The translations under genes and the position numbers were made by a program. This document shows, piece by piece, positions 58,520 to 64,000 of a stretch of 64,000 nucleotides of DNA. This DNA comes from an uncultured delta proteobacterium (GTDB taxonomy: Bacteria; Myxococcota; Myxococcia; Myxococcales; Myxococcaceae), in assembly GCA_963796055.1 (NCBI GenBank), contig CAWCKH010000004.1, positions 3,136,001 through 3,200,000 on the forward strand. Reading direction: 5' to 3'. The notes under the pieces are model-generated. The model was not told the DNA's origin and made no database searches. It worked only from the letters and a program-made list of their open reading frames with translations. Numbering within the stretch: position 1 is the first letter of the stretch; each line of letters starts with the position of its first letter.

Positions 58520-59824
58520 CTAGACGCGGCTGATTCCGAGCGCGTCGGGGATGAGCTCCTCGGTCATCTTCCGGTGGCGCATCGGCTTGAGGACGAAGAG
58601 CGCCAGGATTGCGGCGAGGAAGTTCAGCACCGCGGAGATGATGAACACGCTGGACCAGCCCGAGCGCTGGGCGATGATGCTCCCCACCGGCACCAGCAGC
58701 GCGGCCGTACCCTTCGCCGTGTAGAGCATCCCGTAGATGGTGGTGCAGTACTTCCGGCCGTAGATGTCCGCGGTGGTGGCCGGGAACAGGCTGAAGATCT
58801 CGCCCCAGGCGAAGAACACCAGGCCGGTGAGGATCACGAAGAGGACCGGATTGGCGGCGAACTTCAGAAGCAACAGGATGCCCAGCCCCTCGACGAAGAA
58901 CGCGCCGAACATCGTGTTTTCTCGCCCCAGATGGTCCGACACCCACCCGAAGAAGGGCCGGGTGATGCCGTTCATGATCCGGTCGATCTTCAGGGCGAAG
59001 ATCAGCGCCGGCATCGTGAAGCCGAGCAGCGACACTGGCACGGTGGCGACCTTGTAGTCCTTGGCAATGGGTGCGAGCTGTGCCACCGCCATCAGCCCTC
59101 CGGTCGCCACCGCCACGAACATCACGTACATGACCCAGAACATCGGCGTCTTCAGCGACTCGCGCGGCGTGTAGTCACGTGCGGTCTGCTTGTTCTTCGG
59201 TTGGATGGTGATTGCCGGGACCTCGCCGGGGCGCGGCGCCCGGAGGAAGAGCGCACAGAGCATCACCACCGCGCCCTGCAGGATGCCGAACCGGAAGAAC
59301 GCCGCCTGGTATCCGCTGCTATGGATCAGGTTGGCGATGGGCTCCACGGTGAGTGCCGACCCCATCCCGAAGCCCGCCGCGGTCAGCCCGGCCGCCAGCC
59401 CGCGCTTGTCGGTGAACCACTTCAGCGAGTTCCCCACCGCGGTGCCGTACACCGCGCCCGCGCCCGTCCCGCCGATGATCGCCGCGGTGTAGAGGCCGGG
59501 GAGGGTGGTGACCATCGAGTTCAACACCCAGGCGATGCCGACCAGGAGCCCCCCGACGAGCAGCACGATGCGCGGACCGAAGCGGTCGATCAGGTACCCC
59601 TCGACCGGGACCAGCCAGGTCTCGGTCAGCACGAACAGGGTGAAGGCCACCTGGATCGCTGGCTTCCCCCAGTGAAAGGTCTGGTCGATCGGCCCGACGA
59701 ACAGCGTCCACCCGTACTGGAGGTTGGCGATCATCACCATGCTGAGGACGCCAAGGACCAGCTGGGCCCAGCGGATGGGGGGCGGGTGCACGACCGGGGA
59801 CGGTGCGGCGGACGGTTCGGCCAA
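58520..59824 (-). CDS. oxlT: Oxalate/formate antiporter (OFA, MFS)
   Basis: ANLQYGWTLF, NGITRPFFG (conserved Arg), WGEIFSLFP, LYTAKG (conserved Lys); TTG start with an AGGAGG ribosome site. Confidence 0.85.
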   Translation of the reverse strand: MAEPSAAPSPVVHPPPIRWAQLVLGVLSMVMIANLQYGWTLFVGPIDQTFHWGKPAIQVAFTLFVLTETWLVPVEGYLIDRFGPRIVLLVGGLLVGIAWVLNSMVTTLPGLYTAAIIGGTGAGAVYGTAVGNSLKWFTDKRGLAAGLTAAGFGMGSALTVEPIANLIHSSGYQAAFFRFGILQGAVVMLCALFLRAPRPGEVPAITIQPKNKQTARDYTPRESLKTPMFWVMYVMFVAVATGGLMAVAQLAPIAKDYKVATVPVSLLGFTMPALIFALKIDRIMNGITRPFFGWVSDHLGRENTMFGAFFVEGLGILLLLKFAANPVLFVILTGLVFFAWGEIFSLFPATTADIYGRKYCTTIYGMLYTAKGTAALLVPVGSIIAQRSGWSSVFIISAVLNFLAAILALFVLKPMRHRKMTEELIPDALGISRV

Positions 59825-60114
59825 GGGCGACCTCCTACCTACGCGCGATCTGCGAGCGGATCGTCGGATCTAGGACTTCGGATGATTTGGGTCCAGCACG
59901 GCGGAGCGTCGAGTGGCGTCGAGCCGCACCGGTCTACCGCGGGACACTCGACGGAGTGGCTCGCTGCGGAGCGCCGCAGGTCGAACGCCCGATCTGGCTG
60001 GGTCCGGCGAAACTACCGTATTGACTCGCGAACGGGCGTCTTCGAGAGTGCCCAGCCCCGCCGTGGGGCGGGCGGTACCTTCGAACTCGCTTTCTGTCGA
60101 CAGGAGGCACACAG

Positions 60115-60459
60115 GTGAACGGACACGACGACGAGACGATGCGCTTCAACCGTCGGCGGGCGCTCCAAATCCTCGGGGCAGGGCTCGGCGCGGCGAGCGG
60201 CGTGCTCGCGTTGGCCAGCACGGAGGCGCACGCGGAGGCCGCCCTCAACTGCAAGACCAAGATCCCGGTGGACCCGGCCGCGATGCAAGTCCGGCGCAAT
60301 CTCCAGTACAAGGAGAAGTCGGAACAGCCCGGGAAGAAGTGCTCCAACTGCGCCCAGTTCGAGGCGGGGAAGTACAAGGAGTGCGGCGGCTGCAAGCTCT
60401 TCGCCGGAGCGGTCAACCCCGAGGGCAGCTGCCTGAGCTGGGCGGCGAAGAAGACCTGA
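60115..60459 (+). CDS. High-potential iron-sulfur protein (HiPIP), Tat-exported
   Basis: NRRRAL Tat motif with AEA cleavage; LQY...CSNCAQF...GCKLF...VNPEGSCLSW. Confidence 0.88.
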   Translation: MNGHDDETMRFNRRRALQILGAGLGAASGVLALASTEAHAEAALNCKTKIPVDPAAMQVRRNLQYKEKSEQPGKKCSNCAQFEAGKYKECGGCKLFAGAVNPEGSCLSWAAKKT

Positions 60460-60543
60460 GCCCACCCGCAGTCCATGTGTCGCCGGGCGCGCTCGGGCCG
60501 GGGTGCGGCCCGAGATGCCGGGACGGTCGGCGCTCCCCGCGAG

Positions 60544-61284
60544 CTACCGGCGCCGGTCGCCGAACAGCCGGAGCAGCGCCAGGAACAGGTTGATGAAGTC
60601 GAGGTAGAGGTTCAGCGCGCCGACGATGGTGATCGACGTCAGGCCGCCTCCCGCGTACTGCGCCCCGAGCGCCCGGAGCTTCTGCGTGTCGTAGGCCGTC
60701 AGGCCGGCGAAGACGATCACCGTGGCGCAGGACAGCGCAAAGCTGAACGCCGGGCTGCTCCAGAAGAACTGCACCAAGCTGGCCAGCACCACGCCGATCA
60801 GCCCCATGAAGAGGAACGTCCTCCAGGCGCTCAGGTCGCGCTTGGTGACCGTGCCGTACATGCTCAGGGCAAAGAAGGAACCGGCGGTGATGAGGAAGGC
60901 CGTTCCGATCGATCCCACGGAGTAAACGAAGAAGATGCCGCTGAGGGTCAGGCCGGTGAGGCCGGCGTAGACGAGGAACAGCAACGCTGCCACCGGTCCG
61001 CTGATCCTCTGGGCCATGAACGAGAGCCCGAGCACGACCAGGAACTGGACGATCACCAGCGGCCAGATGTTCCGGGCCACCGTCATCGCCAGCTGGACGT
61101 TGCTCGCGGTGTACAGCGCCACGCCGGCGGTGACCGCCAGGCCCAGCGTCATCCAGCGGTAGACGCCGGCCATGAAGCTCGCCGCTGTCGCGCCGCTGAG
61201 CTCGCGGGCCCGGCCGAAGCCGCCCGTCTCGCCGAGGTCGCGGCCATCGCGCGCCGCCCTGCGTGCATCGAATTCCCAGGCCAT
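60544..61284 (-). CDS. Bax inhibitor-1/YccA family membrane protein
   Basis: FMAGVYRWM, TKRDLS, TAYDTQKL, GALNLYLDFINLF. Confidence 0.93.
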   Translation of the reverse strand: MAWEFDARRAARDGRDLGETGGFGRARELSGATAASFMAGVYRWMTLGLAVTAGVALYTASNVQLAMTVARNIWPLVIVQFLVVLGLSFMAQRISGPVAALLFLVYAGLTGLTLSGIFFVYSVGSIGTAFLITAGSFFALSMYGTVTKRDLSAWRTFLFMGLIGVVLASLVQFFWSSPAFSFALSCATVIVFAGLTAYDTQKLRALGAQYAGGGLTSITIVGALNLYLDFINLFLALLRLFGDRRR

Positions 61285-61380
61285 TTTCGCCTTCTCCTTG
61301 AGGGGCACCGCCCCTGGTGCGTCCTCTCATAACGCAGCGTGGGTCGGTGGCCAGCGTCGACCACAACAGCGGGAAACCGG

Positions 61381-62847
61381 TCAGGATTCCGCCTGGAGTG
61401 CACCCCGGAGCCGCGCCCAGACCCGCTCCTCCAGCAACGGGAGCACCCCGCCACCCCCCTGGATGTTGACGATGCGAGAGGCCGAGGCCCGCACAACGCC
61501 GCCCCACCGTGGCTCCGGGTCCACGCCCACCGAGGCGAAGGCCGAGTAGTCGACGAAGACCTCCGCCTCCACTGGGCCGGTGGGGGTGGCGAAGAGGTGC
61601 CGCTCGCGCGGGACGTCCACCACGGACTGGACGACGAACCCACCCCCCCGGGTGTCCAGCGCCGCGTGCCGGACCAGTTCCGACCAGGACAGGCGCTTGC
61701 CGAAGGCGGCCTCGGAGCGGGTCGCGAAGCCGGGCTCCTCGGCGGCCGGACCGACGAAGACCGCCTTCCCGCCGTAGTCCCAGGCGCGCTTCAGGACGAA
61801 CGACTCGGGGTGCGCGGCGACGTGGGCCACCAGGTCGCTCAGCGCCCTCCCGCCGGGACCGCGGACCGGCCCCGGCGCGAGTACCCGCGTCCAGGGCACC
61901 GCCTGGCGGATCGCCTCGAGCTCCTCGGGACCGAGCCCGGCCGCCCTGGCCAGGGCGGGCTCCTCCAGGGCGCGCGAGAGCAGGGCGAAGTTGCTCTTGG
62001 CCTCCACGTGCGCCGCCGGGCGGTTCAGGAGCAGCGAGCCGGGGGCGGCCTGGCCAGCGAAGAACGATTCCAGGAAGGGGCTCGCTGTCTCGCTGAGCCG
62101 ATGGACGAAGAGGTGGCGGTAGACGAAGTCGAAGGTCTTCCCCTGCGCGGTGAAGAGCGCGTCGCCGCTGGCCTCGTCCGGGTAGACGCGGTGGGTCTCG
62201 GTCCCCAGCTCGCCGAAGCGGCTCACCAGATGGTCCACCTCGGAGAGCTGGCTGTCCGCGCGCCGGCATAGCACCGCGATCCGTTCCGGGGGGCGGCGTC
62301 TTTCCTTGACGAAGGCGGCGAGCAACCCCTGGTACAGCGCCTCGACGTTGCTCCCGTTGTCCCGCTCCAGCGTCCGGATCGCCGCCCCCGCCAGCCCCAC
62401 GGCTTGACCGACGGCGTGGAGGAAAGCGCCAGCGGCCATGTCCGAGTAGCCCGGCATCGCCGGGATGGTGGCGTTTAGCTCCAGCGCCGCGGGACGCTTC
62501 GAGATCAGGAAGTCGATCCGGGCGATGGCCAGCTGCCGCGCGGCCGGTGCGGAGCGCTCGACCAGCCGGCGCTCCAGTGGGGAGAGCGCGCCCAGCAGCA
62601 GCTCACGCGAAGGGCCCTGCACCGTCGCCTGCGCCATCCGGAACCCGGCACGAGCGAGCGTGCAGGCCAGCACGTGGCGATCGGCGATGACCCGGGCGGG
62701 AAGCACCACCGGCGTCGCGCCCGGAGTGATGGCCTTCTGCGTCCCGTCCGGGGCGGTGGTGACCAGGCCGCGGGCGAACGCCTCCCGGGCGAGCGCCGTC
62801 GCATAGGCGCCGGCGAGCGGGCGGAGGTCCTGGAAAGGATCTTTCAC
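61381..62847 (-). CDS. Circularly permuted ATP-grasp ligase (glutathione synthetase/Gsp synthetase-like fold)
   Basis: ARIDFL...ELNAT, FVLKRAWDYGGKAV, FVVQ, RASASRIVNIQGGGG. Confidence 0.72.
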   Translation of the reverse strand: MKDPFQDLRPLAGAYATALAREAFARGLVTTAPDGTQKAITPGATPVVLPARVIADRHVLACTLARAGFRMAQATVQGPSRELLLGALSPLERRLVERSAPAARQLAIARIDFLISKRPAALELNATIPAMPGYSDMAAGAFLHAVGQAVGLAGAAIRTLERDNGSNVEALYQGLLAAFVKERRRPPERIAVLCRRADSQLSEVDHLVSRFGELGTETHRVYPDEASGDALFTAQGKTFDFVYRHLFVHRLSETASPFLESFFAGQAAPGSLLLNRPAAHVEAKSNFALLSRALEEPALARAAGLGPEELEAIRQAVPWTRVLAPGPVRGPGGRALSDLVAHVAAHPESFVLKRAWDYGGKAVFVGPAAEEPGFATRSEAAFGKRLSWSELVRHAALDTRGGGFVVQSVVDVPRERHLFATPTGPVEAEVFVDYSAFASVGVDPEPRWGGVVRASASRIVNIQGGGGVLPLLEERVWARLRGALQAES

Positions 62848-62914
62848 GGGAGATAAACGACAGCCCGCAGTCCTACGACGGCCTGCGCTCCGGCGCCAGG
62901 CGGGAGACGAACGC

Positions 62915-64000
62915 ATGGGGATGGTGACCGGCGGGCAGCTGGTGGCGCGCATGCTCAAGGAGGAGCGGGTCCGTCACGTCTTCACTCTCTCGGGACTGCA
63001 CGTCGCTCCGATCTACGCCGGCCTGGTGGAGGAGGGCATCGAGGTGGTCGACACCCGGCACGAGCAGGCCGCGGCCCACGCCGCCGACGCTTACGCCCGC
63101 ATCACCCGTGGGGTGGGGGTGGCGGTGGTCACCGCCGGCCCGGGGGTCACCGACGCGCTGACCGGCGTCGCCAACGCCAACGCGGCCAACTCGCCGCTCG
63201 TCCTCCTCGGGGGCGCCGCGCCGCTCTTCAACCAGAGCCGCGGCAGTCTTCAAGAAATGGAGCAGGTCGACCTGTTCCACCGGATCTCCAAGTGGTCCGA
63301 CCGGGTCCCCTCGCCCGACCTGGTCCCGCTCTACATGGCGAAGGCCTTCCGGGTGGCGCTGAGTGGGCGGCCCGGGCCGGTGTTCCTCGAGCTGGCCTGG
63401 GACGTGCTGTGCAACGGTGTCGACGAGGGCGCCTTGCAGATTCCCCGCCTCTACCGGACCCGCGCCAGGCTGGCTCCGGACCCGGCCGGGGTGGACGAGG
63501 CGCTGGTGCTGCTCGCCGCCGCCGAGCGTCCGGCGATGATCGCCGGCTCCAGCATCTGGTGGGACGACGCGACCGACGCGCTCCGGGCCTTCGTGGAGCG
63601 CGCCCAGATCCCCACCTACCTCAACGGCGCCGGCCGGGGCTGCCTGCCGCCCGACCACCCGATGTTCTTCCAGCACACCCGCAAGGAGGCCCTCACCGGG
63701 GCGGACGTGGTGTTCGTGATCGGGACGCCGTTCGACTTCCGCCTCAACTACGGGGCCGAGCCCACCTTCAGCTCCGCCTCGAAGATCGTCCAGGTGGACA
63801 TCGATGCGACCGAGGTGGGCCGGAACCGTCCGGTGGACGTGGGGATCGTGGCCGACAGCCGCTCGGCGCTGGCGAGCTTCGCCGACGGAGCGAAGAAGGC
63901 GGCGCGCACCGCGTACATCCAGGAGCTGCGGGCCGCCGAGCAGAAGAAGCTTGCGGCGATGGAGGAGTGGACGCGGAGCGACGCCGTACCCATCCACCAC
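62915..64000 (+). CDS. Thiamine-diphosphate-dependent enzyme (acetolactate synthase-like / 2-hydroxyacyl-CoA lyase family), 3'-truncated
   Basis: Not in the ORF track because it runs off the edge. Manual translation gives MGMVTGGQLVARML...FTLSGLH...TRHEQAAAHAADAYAR...TAGPGVT...GRPGPVFLE...DFRLNYG. Confidence 0.88.
   Translation, partial: MGMVTGGQLVARMLKEERVRHVFTLSGLHVAPIYAGLVEEGIEVVDTRHEQAAAHAADAYARITRGVGVAVVTAGPGVTDALTGVANANAANSPLVLLGGAAPLFNQSRGSLQEMEQVDLFHRISKWSDRVPSPDLVPLYMAKAFRVALSGRPGPVFLELAWDVLCNGVDEGALQIPRLYRTRARLAPDPAGVDEALVLLAAAERPAMIAGSSIWWDDATDALRAFVERAQIPTYLNGAGRGCLPPDHPMFFQHTRKEALTGADVVFVIGTPFDFRLNYGAEPTFSSASKIVQVDIDATEVGRNRPVDVGIVADSRSALASFADGAKKAARTAYIQELRAAEQKKLAAMEEWTRSDAVPIHH

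Noticed and set aside
62873..64000. 375-aa minus-strand ORF at the window end
   Set aside because: It is the antisense shadow of the plus-strand ThDP enzyme starting at 62915.

Overview
High-GC DNA that looks myxobacterial (Myxococcota). This is inferred from the AsgB-like factor, the Ser/Thr kinase-PEGA protein, the Ig-like/vWA lipoprotein, the zinc-ribbon TPR protein and a purH-purD-lptFG-waaL-GT-GT-wbaP block. In order, the window holds: the 3' part of a patatin-like gene; a surface lipoprotein/kinase pair; merR-asgB-purH-TPR-purD followed by LPS genes; accessory genes (MASE1 kinase, Lrp/aminotransferase, DUF417, di-heme cytochrome c, stand-alone E2-type acyltransferase, SDR/TetR); an argC-argJ::AAK-argR-argG-argH-argF operon with tandem ARG boxes; a broken LuxR-type regulator with a 108-bp duplication; DUF885; tctBAC; class II RNR nrdJ with tandem NrdR boxes; two orphan duplicated ABC permeases; a PLP decarboxylase; an oxlT/acyl-CoA ligase/PanE-like operon; HiPIP; BI-1; a circularly permuted ATP-grasp ligase; and a partial ThDP enzyme. 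I recognised no rRNA, tRNA, CRISPR array or transposase. The best leads are: (1) ArgJ fused to an NAGK-like domain that has lost catalytic motifs but kept arginine-sensing motifs; (2) a putative oxalate-assimilation operon; (3) a structured nrdJ leader; (4) orphan enzymes (di-heme cytochrome, ATP-grasp). Four single-base frameshifts suggest long-read assembly errors. All calls come from motif recognition by eye; no database searches were run.
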